Shown: positions 37,700 through 50,956, counted from the stretch's first letter. The stretch: 64,000 nucleotides of DNA from Nymphaea colorata (GCF_008831285.2 NC_045138.2:26722001-26786000), one strand, 5' to 3'. Numbers and translations are program-made. Notes: generated from the sequence alone by a model not told the origin.

Positions 37700-40426
37700 A
37701 ATTTGGAAATTTTTCTTTCTAGACCTGTAAATTTGAATATTTCGCCCTTTGTACAGTGAGATATAGAAAAAAAAAATTAAAGCAGCCGCAATACGGCCAA
37801 ACAGACCAGACAACATATCTATGCTCAGCTATGGTAAAATCATGTGAGTTCCAGGACCACCACCAACTTCTTCGCACCGAGACTAAAATCCAAACAAAGT
37901 TCGATTCACTGTGTTTGTTGATTCAGAAGCATAATCATGACGGCAATGCCAATGTATAATGCTTCCAGATCATTCGACCAAGGCTCGGATCACTGGGCCT
38001 GGTTATGATAATTTCTGGCTTTCTTTTCTTTTTTATTTTTTTTTTAAACCCAGTTTGGAACCGGGCCACAGAGTAAAATGAATCAACTTTGGTTGACTTG
38101 CTGCATCTTTAAACATTGGTTCTAATGTTCTATGAATCTACTTCAATCTTTTAAATCAATCTTTTAAATCAAATTAATCAAGAATCATGGTTCTTGTTTG
38201 CCAAACACCCTCCTAAGAACCAAATATGATCACTACACACTAGTTCACATGTCGCCTAAAAAAAAAACTTGCAGATTGAATCGTCAGTTTTGACATCCAT
38301 CAGATAAGTACTTTTTGATGTGGCAGCGGTTGTCCTATTAAATGGCTTTATCGTTGGTTTTATTCGAGTCGTATATCCATCATAGTTTGCACCATGCATA
38401 CGATTGGGCCATGCGCTCTTTTTCTTGGTCAGATATGATGTCTCTAATGCCCATCCACAATAATACTCATTTGGAAAAGGGCAAAAAATTTAATAGATAC
38501 TATACTTTTTCCGGCCTCCGGCTGCACCTCTTTTGGCTTTTATAACAGTTAAGATATATTTAATGCTTCTACCATCCATACCTGCAAAATGGAAATTTTT
38601 AAAAGGTTAATATGTTAGAGAATGAAAACTATAAAAAATATCATGTGTGGATGAATAGCATCCTTGGGAATCGAATTGAGGACACATCGTTAGCACAACA
38701 CTTAGGCCGGCCGACCAGTAATGCCATCACGTCCCTTGGGGCTGACCCCATTTTGAGTGAGGACAGACCAACTAGATAAACAAAGCTGAGTAGCAAGCAA
38801 TCTTCCCTCTTATGAAACACCAAGAGGACAGAAATTTTGTTCCGGCGAGACATGTTGGTGCAGATTTCCTCCGCCTTTAGAGCTAGCAGGTTATCTTTGG
38901 AGATAATTAAGTTTATATGATAACCAGGTGTCAATTTGAACCATCAAAGTTAAGGCTTGTCTCTAGCCAACGAAATCTCTGTAAAAAAAAACCCTACTTG
39001 TCTTGGATTTTGAACTCGAGGACCTTCAACTTGAAGGAGTTGCCATTAGTTTGATACCTAGAGGTATTGCGGCTACGGCCCAACACAGACGAGTGCCAAT
39101 CTGTAAGGTCACACTCAGTTAGCTTTTGAATACCTAGAACTAAATACTCGGCCTTAAGAACTGCTGGGTATTTAGTATCAGTTGGTGAAATTTTTGTTCT
39201 ACCTTCCATTTATCCCGTTCATTTGATTTCATGGAACTTTTGTTCCGCACTCAAGCTCAATGTTTATCTGGAGCCAGAACTTTCCACGGAATTTGACCTA
39301 AAGTTTCATCTCTACAGTGAAGTTCCGTGTATTCAAATGGGTGCTCATTGAATTGCCAGAAAAATGTGAGGGAATGTCAGCGTCAGGGAAAAAAACAAAA
39401 TAATGCCGTTAATATCAATAAAATTACCGCGTCGGTCTGAGTTCTGATCTACACGACCTCTCCGGCGGGCTGCAGATTCATGTTAGTTTCCTCGGAAAAG
39501 TTCCCGCCAAAGCAAAAGCACATCGTTTCTTTCCTCGGGAAAGCTTTCAGATCCTGATCAATGCCGCTGAGCAGATTGCCAGTTAACGTGCATTCATTAA
39601 TGGCACCACTTGTGAGGAAGGAAATTGGTCCCATGGGCCCATAGAGACAGCACTAGTACGGCTTCTTCTGGCGCAGAGAGGCCAATTGGTGACATGATCA
39701 AAATGCGGGGATATTACGAAAAATGTACCCACCGACACCTCCTAGTCCAATAAAAAAAAAGAGAGTTGTGCCGACAGTGAACATGCGGGCTTCCTGCTTC
39801 TTTTTTTCCCATTTGCCATAAAAAGTATATCACCTTTTGAGTGTCTAGACACCACTTTTACAGATCTAGTCGGGCACAGGGCGCTCTCTCTCTCAAATTG
39901 ATCGAAATCAAGATCTAATTCCCCATACATACTGTAAGCAGGTATGCAGATAAAGGTTCCTGTGGTTACTGACATCTTCTGGTGTACATGAAACATGATG
40001 GCGAGCAGAGATGGCCATATAATGATAGAAAAGTGGCTGTAGTGCACAGAGTTGTACTAGCGCACAAGCTTGTGCCAAAGAACTATGAGCAACTTTCAAG
40101 ATTTCAGAACAGATTCCAAAGGAAAAGTTTAACAGAGATGACGAGTTACAGGCAGATATGGCCCAAATTAATTTTGTCGTCATTTGATTCTTAGATTAAC
40201 CACTAGAATGGAAAATTTGAATATTGGAAGATCCGAAAGGAAGAAAGTAAGAATAAATTGATGATGTGATCAATGAGAAATGACGTCACCCAGGTTACAG
40301 CAGTAACCGGGCTGAATGTAATCAACAGGAAAATGCTGATAAAATACCATAATCAATAGAAGCTAGCAGAATGTTTATGTACAAGATAGCATGAGTTCCA
40401 TGAAATGTCTATTTAACAAATCAAGC

Positions 40427-43400
40427 TCATGCAGCAGCAGCCTGTTCTTCATCAACCTGGGATGCAGGAAGAAGGGTGCAGATAAGGTTTCGATCACCAT
40501 ATACATTGTCCACACGCCCTGATTGAAAAAGACAGAACGAAACCAGTTAGAAATTTTGAAACGAAATGTAAACTTTCTTTCAATGATTCACAAGCAGGAG
40601 GAGAGCTCTCAGCATATTGCGATTTAAAATATGTTTTATTAAGCATCATATTTCTCATCTTCCAGTTGAAAACTAAAACTAGCAAGCCATATAATAAGGT
40701 GTTAACTACCACTTGAAATTGCATCAATTCAGATATGAAAAAATAGTAGGCATTCACTTGCTAGTCATATTCAAAAACATATTTACAATGAGAAAAGAAT
40801 TCTACAGACCTACTTGCATCAATGCATCTGAGAACATGACATCCACAGTTTGATCTGATTAGATTGTTCTTAAGCAGAACGACAAAAAGCTTTTTACCTG
40901 TTGTTGGCCAGAACTTGGCAGTCCGAAGCCAAGCTGCCGGGAATGCAGCATACTCCCTCGAGTATGGTTTTGTCCACTCGTCTGCCATAACCAAAGAAGG
41001 TGGATGAGGAGCACCCTGCATAGATATAAACAGTGAGATTTGTGACTGCTATAAACATGGTTCCAGTTTTCACAGGTGTGGGAGATCAAACTCATTCATC
41101 ATACATGGAAGTTCAACAGCCTAGCTGGAAAAGAAGGCCACATTCTTCTCAGTGTAGTTAACTTATCATCCTTACCTTAAGCACATTGTTATGGATATCT
41201 GCTTTCCCATTTTCAATCAGTGCTATTTCTTGCCTGATTGATATAAGAGTATCACAGAACCTGTCTAGCTCAGCCTGGAAAAGAGAATCTTATTCAGAAA
41301 AGCAGAAAAAGTTTTCAAGACAAATAGGAGGTAAGGTACTGTCGGAAACATAGAATACCTTGCTCTCACTCTCTGTGGGTTCAATCATCAGTGTTCCTGG
41401 AACAGGCCATGACATTGTGGGTGCATGGAATCCATAGTCCATAAGACGCTTTGCAACATCTTCAGGTTCAATCCCAGCGGTGTTCTGTACATGATGTGCA
41501 GATCCAATTAGTGACTGGCCCAAAAGAAATGAGAATGTACGAATGTTTATAGTCTGAAAACCTTGAAGCCCCTCAGGTCAATAATAAATTCATGAGCACA
41601 TGTGCCATTCACACCCCAGAAAAGTACTGGATAATGATTCTGCACATGATAACACTATCAGGAAGTTCAATTGATAAACAGAGGTTGAATCACAAAAATG
41701 TCAAAAAAAAAATCCAAACCTCCAAACGCTTAGCCATGTAGTTTGCATTCAAAATAGCAAGTTTTGAAGCTTCAGTAAGTCCCTTGGATCCCATCATTGC
41801 AATGTATGTATAGGAAATGGGTAATATCAGGGCTGATCCCCATGGTGCTGCAGAGATGGTACCAAGAGGCTGAGATTGTTCAGGAGCTGGTATTCCACCA
41901 GTAGAAACCTGGAATCCAAAAAAGTGAAGGTTTCACATGCCACAGAAATTAAGCGCTCTAGACCCTTATGATGGTAAGAGGTTAAACACAATTGGCAGTT
42001 AAGGGATGCGTAAATGCATAATGTATGAGTTCATCATGCCTCAGACAGCATCTAAGTTGTGCCCCATGATATTCAAGTGCGAGATGCAGAATTAATGACT
42101 CTAGTGCAAGCAAATTCTTTGTTTTCATATTGCTGGAAAAGGATGATCTGCAAACTTCACCATCACTATTCAAACACATTCAAGTAACAGCAGAAAAATC
42201 AGCTCAAGAATTTAAGTATCAGAGAAGGTTAGGCACCATGAACTGAAAACAAAGCAGTAATGCAAAAAGCACGTGATTGATTACAGAAGTGTAGAATCAT
42301 TTTTGGGTTATTAAGAACAACTTGAAACAATAGATAGTGAAATTGAAAAATCACATGCAACTTTTTCTCATTTTTTTCAACTAAGCACTAATCTGACTAT
42401 CCATCTTTTATGATTGTCCACAAATTTACGATATGTCAGTTGGATATGCCAGTATATATATACATACTGGCATATCCAACTGACATATCATAAGTTTGTG
42501 GACAATCATAAAAGATACCGAGTGCTACGCAGAGATTACACAAGGATTAATTATCAAAGTTAAATAGGAAGTAGAAAGTCTTTAGGACAAATTTAAAGTC
42601 TCTCATTAGGTGCCACTCACAGTGAAAAAGGCTCTACAAGTTTTCATGTCTCATTTAACCACAACTATAACTTAAGACTCCAGGTGAGTCCTTTCATCAG
42701 CAGAACAGAATTGAGTGTGAGTCCTTTCATCAGCAGAACAGAATTGAGTGAACGCTATTTATGCTCATGTCCTCTCCTGCACTTGAGAATGAAGCTCCAA
42801 AATCTGAACGTTTTAAGGGTATAGTTACTGTTACAGGTATTGTTGAAAAATGTTGATCTGTGAACCCTGTTTGTCATAGTTTCCTTTCTTATCACTTCCA
42901 TTCATCTATAGCTTCAGTACTTCTACATGAAGAACAGTATACTGGATTGATGCAGATATAATTATTTAACATCATTCATGTAGCCATTGGCGGGTGTGCC
43001 AACAAAATAAATGTGCTTGATATGACGAGGGACTCTTTCTAAACTAAGATGCACATGTGCATGGTAAAAGGCAACATAACTACCAGAAAACAATCTTACC
43101 ACTGGATGTGATGGAAGAAATGGTGCCAAGTGCTTCTTCACACCGATCGGGCCCATTCCAGGACCACCTCCTCCGTGTGGGATACAAAAGGTTTTGTGTA
43201 GATTAAGATGGCATACATCAGCTCCTATAAACCCTGGACTTGTTAGACCAACCTGCATAAAGAAATTTAACACGACAAAGTCAATAGGATCATTAATCAC
43301 AACTCAACCTCAATCCAGGTTTAACAAAAAAATTTGCCATCAATCATGATTCATACACCACAAAAAAAAAAATAACTTTTCCAATAAACCACCAAATTAA

Positions 43401-46400
43401 AGAATATTAATAAAGCTCTAAAGAAAGTAATACCTAAAGGAAATATAAAAAAATACAATGAAAAAGGGGAACTTCTAATGGAAGATAATTCTCACATTTA
43501 AGGTGAGGTGTTTAGATGGAGTGTTTTTGATATTCACAAATATCGTTCCTGGGAAAATATCAGCAAGGTTTTTCTCTTATATTTTTTAGCGATTCTTCTC
43601 AAGAAAATCTTGACAATTTTTGAAAAACTAAAAAAAAAATTAAAAAAACCTTAAAATGATAAAAAAAATAAAAAATATTAAAATCCCTGTACAAAATCAC
43701 AAGAAAATGATAAAATCACAAGATTTTCTATTGGGTGAGATTTTCAAAATCTTGCAACCTTTCCCAATTTGTTTGTTTTATTTGATTTATTCATAAATAT
43801 CGCGAGATTTTTAAAAATCTCGTGATATCTGTGACACACTGTTTCTGTTCTCTGTCCAGATTTCCTACTTCAGGTTTCCAAAAGGCGATGATTTCCAAGA
43901 GTGACTAGTTTTGTAGGAAACAGATGTCAAAGTGAAGCTAGTTATGAAATGTAGAAAATTACAAAATTGGAAGATGATATAGACCTTACTAGTGAAATAT
44001 ATGCCACTTGTCATATTAACTTATTTTCTTTCCTTGGAAATTATGAACAAGCATCTTATTAGTAATGACTAGACTGGAAGAAGCTCTCCACCAAAAGGGA
44101 AAAACATGCATGAAATTACAAAATATATACACAAGAAGGAGCTAAGCTCCACCTCCACCTATCACTTTTAGGGTAGTATATTTTGCCTAATACAAGCAAC
44201 TCTTCTCACTTAACATGTCCTCTCCTCATGTGCATTATCCGCACTCTGCACCATTACAATCTCCCTAGTACCCTGAGTGCCTATGCTGGAAGGGGAGATG
44301 CCTTGTACAAAATCTCCAAGTTCTTTATTATGTAAAGCTTTTTCACTATATTAATCTACATTTATATAGTCAGAAAGTTGTGAAACTTTCCAACTGGTTA
44401 TATTTGCATGGCATGATATTCATGCTTTCAGTTTATGCAATGTGGAACATAATTAGAACCATAAGATTCATGAAGAGCTTCTATAAGTCGGCCATTAAGA
44501 CACAAGTATAATATAGGGAGGTTGATATTTCTAGTGTGACAGTATATTCATAATTCACAACAATAAAAGGCAGCTACCGTCACCAGTCCAGTAATAAAAA
44601 ATTATAGAGAAAGTGTACCTGAGCATTCATGTTAGCACCATCCATGTAAACTTGACCCCCATTTTCATGAATTATTCTGCAAATCTCATCAATGCCCTCT
44701 TCATAGACTCCATGAGTTGAAGGATATGTAACCTGTTTCATATATACAAACTGAGTTATGAGACCTTTATTTCATAATTCATTCACAGTAATCAGCGAAT
44801 GGAAATATATCTTAGACTTCAGCAAATGAACCATATCTCTGGATACCAAAAGATAAATCTGTCGAGCTCTAGATATGGTGGTTAGACAAAAAAGAAGATG
44901 CATAGCATGTACCATTAGAGCAGAGAGGTTGTCCCGGTTGGCTTCAGCAGCTTTTCTCAACTCCTCTATGTTAATATTCCCCTTTGCATCAGTGCCAACT
45001 GCAACAATTTTCATCCCACACATGGCTGCACTAGCTGGATTTGTCCCATGAGCAGAAACAGGTATGATGCAGACATTTCTGTGGTGATCACCTCTTGCCT
45101 ACAGAATAAATTTTGATTGGAGTGAACTATCAGAAAGCCTCCAAATACTTGGTTTACATGTCGAGATTTGGAATACATACTTTATGATAAGCACGGATAA
45201 CCATAAGTCCAGCATACTCTCCAGCAGCACCAGCATTTGGTTGCAATGAGAAGGAGTCAAAGCCAGTGATGGTGCACAATAAGTTACCCAAATCATCGAA
45301 CATTTCCTACAGTATTTATATTTAAGAAAAAATCAGTTCCTAGTTCCTAAGAATTAGAAGCAAACTTGCGAACTGAAGATAGGCCCAAAAAGAAGATTGC
45401 TAAACAATTACTTGGTAACCAGCCACTTGGTCCAAAGGAGCAAATGGATGAATATCTGCAAAGCTGGGCCAAGTAACAGGCATCATCTCCACTGTTGCAT
45501 TCAGTTTCATTGTACAAGATCCCAACGGAATCATGCTGTGACATAATGAAAGATCTTTTGATTGGAGCCTGTGAAGGTAGCGAAGAAGTTCATGTTCTGT
45601 GTGGTACCTGAAAGAGTAACACATATTCAAGAGTTAGACGCACATATTTATGATACTAATAGGAATATATAAGAACAGAAATATACTATACATGTTAAAA
45701 ATTGGATGGGTCAAGTAGGCACTCTTGCGCACTAGCCCATGCGGAATACTGGCCTGCACCTCTGCTGCAAGAGATTCAGCTGTGAATGGTACCTAATGAT
45801 CAACCACATCATTTGAACAGCCATAATCAGAATTTAAAGCAAGGCCTTTAGAGAGAATTACAAGCTTATACTCACAGGTTTACCACCAGCAAACACTTCA
45901 AAAAGCTTGTCAACATCCTCCAAAGTAGTAGTTTCGTCAAACGATACGGTTATCTGAAACAACAAATTTACATCCCTCGTAAATCCAGACCACCAGTTTT
46001 GGAGTGAGGACATCGCTTTCTTATGGCTTGGAAAATAAAGGCAAGGTCTAGAACTGCTTACAGTGTTCTTGTCAACCACCCTTAAATTCATCTCATGCTT
46101 GATGGCAGCTTCTGAGATTGCATGCGAATCAGCACATTTGACCTTGACAGTGTCAAAGAATGGGAGCTCAGGAGGAGTCACAGTTCCAAGTTTCTTTAGA
46201 CCAAACGCAAAAGTCCCAGCAAGGCCATGGACACGCTCAGCAATGGCTTTTAGCCCTTCAGGTCCATGATAAACTGCATACATTGCAGCCATATTTGCAA
46301 GTAATGCCTGGGGAAAAAGAGGAAAATTAAGAAGGATTCTCCAATATATAAAACACTCCAGATAGCATTGTTTAGGCTCACAGACTGATAGGATATACCA

Positions 46401-48264
46401 ACTTACGTTGGAACCAGGGTAACTTTTTAAATTAGATTATGGATCGCAAGCTAATACTACAGGATCTCAAGCTTTGGATATTTAATGTCTCCAAATAACT
46501 AAACCTGACTCCAACTTCAAATTTAATATGGAAAAAGATCTATCAAGTAAACAGACTCAGAACAAAAACGTTCTGTAAGAATGGTCATTTTGTGGCCTGA
46601 TGCGAGATGCGGTTAATCGCTTACTACACTATTTTTGAGTATCAAGCAACAATAATTGGTGATCATAAGCCTAGGAGAAAAGATCCATAAACCAAAGCAG
46701 CAGCAGCAGCAGCAGATTGAGAACATCACCCTTCACATAAGTCGTTTGAGAATTACAAAAGCCTATGGAATAATTTATCCATCAAAGATCTAAACTAGAT
46801 TACGTCCATACCCGAATCCAAGTTATGAGAAATCCAAAGAATTCGGGAATAAACTCATTGATCGAAGATCTAAACTATAGCCAAATTTTAGGCAGACCGG
46901 AACCCCTGTGATGAGAAACACACAGATTTCTGGAGTATACATACCCGTCGAAGATCTAAACTGCAACCAAGTTCCATGCACGCATGAATCCGAGTTATGA
47001 AAGATCAAAAATTTCTAGACAAAAGCTAAAGATCTAAGCTATAATAACCAAATTAGGAAGAAACCTGAGCGGTGCAAATATTGCTTGTGGCCTTGTCGCG
47101 CCTAATATGTTGCTCCCTTGTCTGCATTGCCATCCGCAGGGCCTGCTTCCCCGTCGAATCAACACTCACTCCGATGATCCTCCCAGGCATCATCCGCTTG
47201 TACTCTTGTGACGTTGCCAAGAACGCAGCATGAGGACCACCATAGCCCATGGGAACACCAAATCTTTGAGCCGATCCGACGACGATGTCGGCCCCCAGCT
47301 CGCCTGGAGGCGTAAGCATTGTCAAGGCCAGCAGATCCGACGCCATGACCACCTTCACGCCACTGGCGTGCGCCTTCTCGATGAAAGCTGAGTAATCGAT
47401 GATCTCTCCCTCTGTTCCAGGGTACTGAACCAGCACCCCGCAGACATCCCCAGATGCATAACTGATATCCTTGAGATCGGAAACGACCACCTCGAGATCG
47501 AAGCCGCCGGCTCGGGTCTTGCAGATGTCGATGGTCTGCGGGTGGCAATTCGAAGCGATGACGAACGTCTTTTTCTTCCCCTTCTGGATGCTGTTGCACA
47601 TGGACATGGCTTCCGCCGCGGCGGTGCCCTCGTCGAGGAGGGAGGCGTTCGACATGGGGAGCCCGGTGAGATCGGTAATCATGGTCTGGAAATTCAGCAA
47701 GGACTCAAGCCTCCCTTGCGCGATTTCGGCCTGGTAAGGAGTGTACTGCGTGTACCACCCTGGATTTTCCATGATATTCCTCAGAATCACGGCCGGCACA
47801 AAGGTGTTGTAGTATCCCATCCCGATGAACGACTTGAAGATCTTGTTCTTGGAGGCGAGCTCCTGCATGTGGGCGATCATCTGGCTCTCCGTGAGCCCCT
47901 CGTCGAACTTGGAGAACTTCATAGGCTCGATCCGAATCGATTTCGGGACGGTGGCGTCGATGAGGGCGTCGACGGAGTCGAAGCCGACGGAAGAGGCCAT
48001 CTTCGACTGCTCGTCCAGCGTGGCGGAGTTGTGACGGCGGGGGAAGGTGTCGGACGGCTTCAGAGCCTCGACGGAGACGGAGCGGCGACCAGAGAAGGAA
48101 GAGCACGGGGAGTTTGTGGTGTAGTTGGGATTGAAGAGGCGGGTAGAGGGTGAGGTGAAGGAGGAGAGGTACCTAGCTTGGTGGTGTTGGGTTGCATGAT
48201 GTTGGCGGTTGGCCAGGAGGCGCCGGAGGATTGCCCGGTGGGCGAGCTTCCTGGCACGTTCCAT
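40427..48264 (-). CDS. GLDP: Glycine dehydrogenase (decarboxylating), mitochondrial; glycine cleavage system P protein, about 1033 aa
   Basis: 15 exons (minus): 48264-47065, 46307-46062, 45953-45876, 45792-45692, 45607-45412, 45306-45181, 45098-44913, 44732-44619, 43252-43100, 41908-41720, 41639-41562, 41484-41359, 41274-41176, 41015-40898, 40518-40427. Total 3102 nt, all GT-AG. Presequence [16 protein letters not shown]; motifs [51 protein letters not shown]-lysine motif [30 protein letters not shown]. Confidence 0.98.
42403..42516. repeat. 114-bp near-perfect palindrome (57-bp arms, 3 mismatches) in GLDP intron 9
   Basis: ATCTTTTATGATTGTCCACAAATTTACGATATGTCAGTTGGATATGCCAGTATATAT | ATACATACTGGCATATCCAACTGACATATCATAAGTTTGTGGACAATCATAAAAGAT. 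Confidence 0.95.
42685..42750. repeat. Perfect 33-bp tandem duplication in GLDP intron 9
   Basis: TGAGTCCTTTCATCAGCAGAACAGAATTGAGTG x2 (42685-42717, 42718-42750). Confidence 0.92.
43519..43841. mobile_element. Degenerate MITE-like insertion in GLDP intron 8
   Basis: GAGTGTT...GTGACACACTG ends, an A-rich core and repeated GATATC/GAGAT/AAATCT motifs. Resembles ~53846-54131 and ~51495-51560. No TSD seen. Confidence 0.45.
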
Positions 48265-48810
48265 GGTGGCCGGTGGTGGGTGTCGGGGAGGGGAGGAGGA
48301 GGGAGGGGAGCTCCTCCAAGATGGGAGAGCTGATGGTGGTGGTGATCTGGGAGTTTGGAAATGGTGGGGAGGGAACGGAGAGTTTTAAAATAACCCCATC
48401 GAAAACTTGTGCCCATCGTTAGCTCGCAGATTTGGTGGTGATGGAGAGAGGGAGAGAGGGAGATTGAGATTTGATGGTCTGTATTCCATCGCGGAAGAGA
48501 ATCACCGTTTTGGCCTCCGCCATTGTCTCGTCTTTCTTTTCTGCACTTCCCCTTTCCATTTTTCTCATTATTAATTTCTATAATGGAATCTTGCGTCGGA
48601 CCGTGATCGGATGCTCGCGTTCCATGGACAGGACGACAAGAACGTCTTGTTCTCTGCGCCTCTAAACAATTGTGCCAAGTGTCCATCGTTTGATGAAGCT
48701 AAGCACAGACAACGTGTTTGTTAACGACCAGACATGTTAGATAAAGGAATAGAATAGCTAAAATCTATATCATTTTTTTTCTCATTATATATATATATAT
48801 ATATATATGT

Positions 48811-48933
48811 CACGTGCATATGGACATTTATTTTTGTGCAATTGGGTTGAATTATTAAATAAAAGTTTTTTTTCAATAAAAAAAAACAGAGCCCACGTGG
48901 ATCTTTTTGTCCGAATGTGACGCAAATGCGTCA
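48811..48933. promoter_or_regulatory. G-boxes and inverted TGACG pair upstream of GLDP
   Basis: CACGTG at 48811-48816; CCACGTGG at 48893-48900; TGACGCA-AA-TGCGTCA at 48918-48933. All lie 550-670 bp upstream of the ATG. Confidence 0.4.
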
Positions 48934-49153
48934 AGCAAAAACACAATAAATAACTATTTTTTTTCGGGTCGAAAAATTTGTTGTGGCCGGTGAGCTTCGT
49001 ATCTCCTGTTCAACCGGACTATTTTTCTTTCTTTTTTTTTTAATATCTTTGTCCGAATCTAAACCGATTTTGAATCCAAATATTTAATAGAAAAAAAAAA
49101 CAATTTGAAATGGATTTGTGGTAGAATTTGGTCTGACTGAGGACTTGATTTTT

Positions 49154-49320
49154 TCAAGAGGCGGAGTCAAGGGGGGCTTGCATGGATCCGGCCTTACCTC
49201 AAATTTTTTTAAATAAAAAAATTTACATGAAAATCTTAGATTTTATTTATTTTATATAAAATTTTTTAAAAATGATATTTTAGCCTTTATCAAAATTTAA
49301 AATTTTTTTTACTCTATCCT
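49154..49320. mobile_element. Truncated copy of the 25079-25257 MITE family in the GLDP upstream region
   Basis: CAAGAGGCGGAGTC...GGGGCTTGCATGG...CCTCAAATTTTTTT...AAAATTTACATG, colinear with 25079-25257. The right end is not recognisable. Confidence 0.55.
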
Positions 49321-50258
49321 TAAATCAAACCCCTTTGAATGTACATAAACTTTTACATATTAACTATTGAATGAACTGCGAATATGAAAAGGACGTCGGC
49401 TGCCTACATTCTGCCATGGTTTGTCGCATTCCGGTTGGTAGGTTGGGGAAAATTTTATTGATCCACGGCATATTCTTATCCAGGTTTTTTACATAAAAAT
49501 AAGATAAAATAAGATAAAAGTGAAAAATTATTGAAGAAAAGTAAAAAATATTCTCCCTCGAAGGACGCCAAAATTAAGCACAACAACTATGAAAATCAAA
49601 CCGACAACTAAGCTTTATTGTCCGACCACCCACCAACTGTTCTGCGCCCTTTAAATTATTAGCTAGTGTTGGCGAAATTGGTCCAAAGTTGCCCCATTTT
49701 TTTAGTCACTCATGCATACGGTAGCTATTTTGTAATTATAATTAATTTATTTTTTATAATGTTTAATACATTTTCTAACTTTATTCCCATTTTTTTAAAA
49801 AAAATCAAGCTTTGAAACTTTTGAGATTCACAAACGGGTCAGATTCTCCCGGCTTTCTTTGTAGATGTGATGTTTCTGGACACATTTAAATCGATATTTT
49901 TCAATGGTTTATAATAAAGTCGAGTTGGCACAAGTCCTTGGAGTGAGGCACATTTTTAAAAGCGACCTCACATTGGGGCATTAAATATGAGTAAATAGCA
50001 AGAAAACAATTTTATTAGGTGCAAAAGGGTAAATAAGCGAGTCTTTGAAGGGCACTAGCCAAAACAAGACAAGGGGGGAAGAGGGAAGTGCAGAATTATA
50101 AGGTTGGGTCAGAGTCCCAACAATGAGATGACTAAGCAAAAGAGAAAATTATGTGAAGCCATAAATATTGGGCAAATTTCTTTGAACCCCAGCTGGCCAA
50201 TAAAGAAAGAGCATGTGGATGTGGGGGAGGGAAGATAAGACTCTTGGGTGGTCACAAG

Positions 50259-50398
50259 CATCTTCTTCTTCTCTTTCTATCTCTAGATAGAATTTTCTCA
50301 TGGCACAAATTTTTTTAGAAGGATTTTTTTTTTTTTGGGGACATCTTCTTCTTCTCTTTCTATCTCTAGATAGAATTTTCTCATGGCACAAATTTTTT
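50259..50398. repeat. Direct repeat (~57 bp identical, 83-bp period)
   Basis: CATCTTCTTCTTCTCTTTCTATCTCTAGATAGAATTTTCTCATGGCACAAATTTTTT at 50259 and 50342. Confidence 0.88.
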
Positions 50399-50903
50399 CA
50401 GAAAGAATATAGTTTTTTTTTGAGGGAATGCTGGTGGATGAGGAAAATGCTTTGGTTAGCTCCCAAGAAGGAAGGGGTTGGCTGCATTCCCATTCACACC
50501 CAGCTTATCCCCAATTTCACCCCTTCTTCTTGCCTCACAACCTTACATACCAAATCTAGAGAGAGAAAGCAACCAAGTCACTTGTTTTGTCAGGATCTCC
50601 CACTGTTGGTGCCTTATCATTTTTTTCTTACAAATGCAATGGATCCTTTCATGTACCTACTTGTCACTTCAGATCTTAACAGTTCACAAACTCAACAAGT
50701 GATCTCTCTCTCTCTAAGTGATGGGTAGCGAAAATGGTTTGGTTGGGTGACATGTTGTAGCCATGTTCTCAATTCGACTCGAAAAAGTGCTATTCTGCTA
50801 TTCTGACAATATTAAAGATTACTATTGATCTTGAGATTATATGTCATATTATGAGGCCAAGTGAACCGGTTCATGTCTATATTATTTCTCTTTTTCTCTC
50901 TCT

Positions 50904-50906
<3 letters not shown>

Positions 50907-50956
<50 letters not shown>
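50907..50956. repeat. (TA)n microsatellite
   Basis: Directly visible. Confidence 0.9.

Noticed and set aside
38640..39750. Slightly GC-richer stretch considered as an organellar insertion or pseudogene
   Set aside because: I recognised no plastid, mitochondrial or protein-coding signature; a BLAST search would be needed.
47159..48686. Several 130-208 aa overlapping and antisense ORFs over GLDP exon 1 and its leader
   Set aside because: Shadow ORFs caused by high GC3 in the real exon; no recognisable domains.
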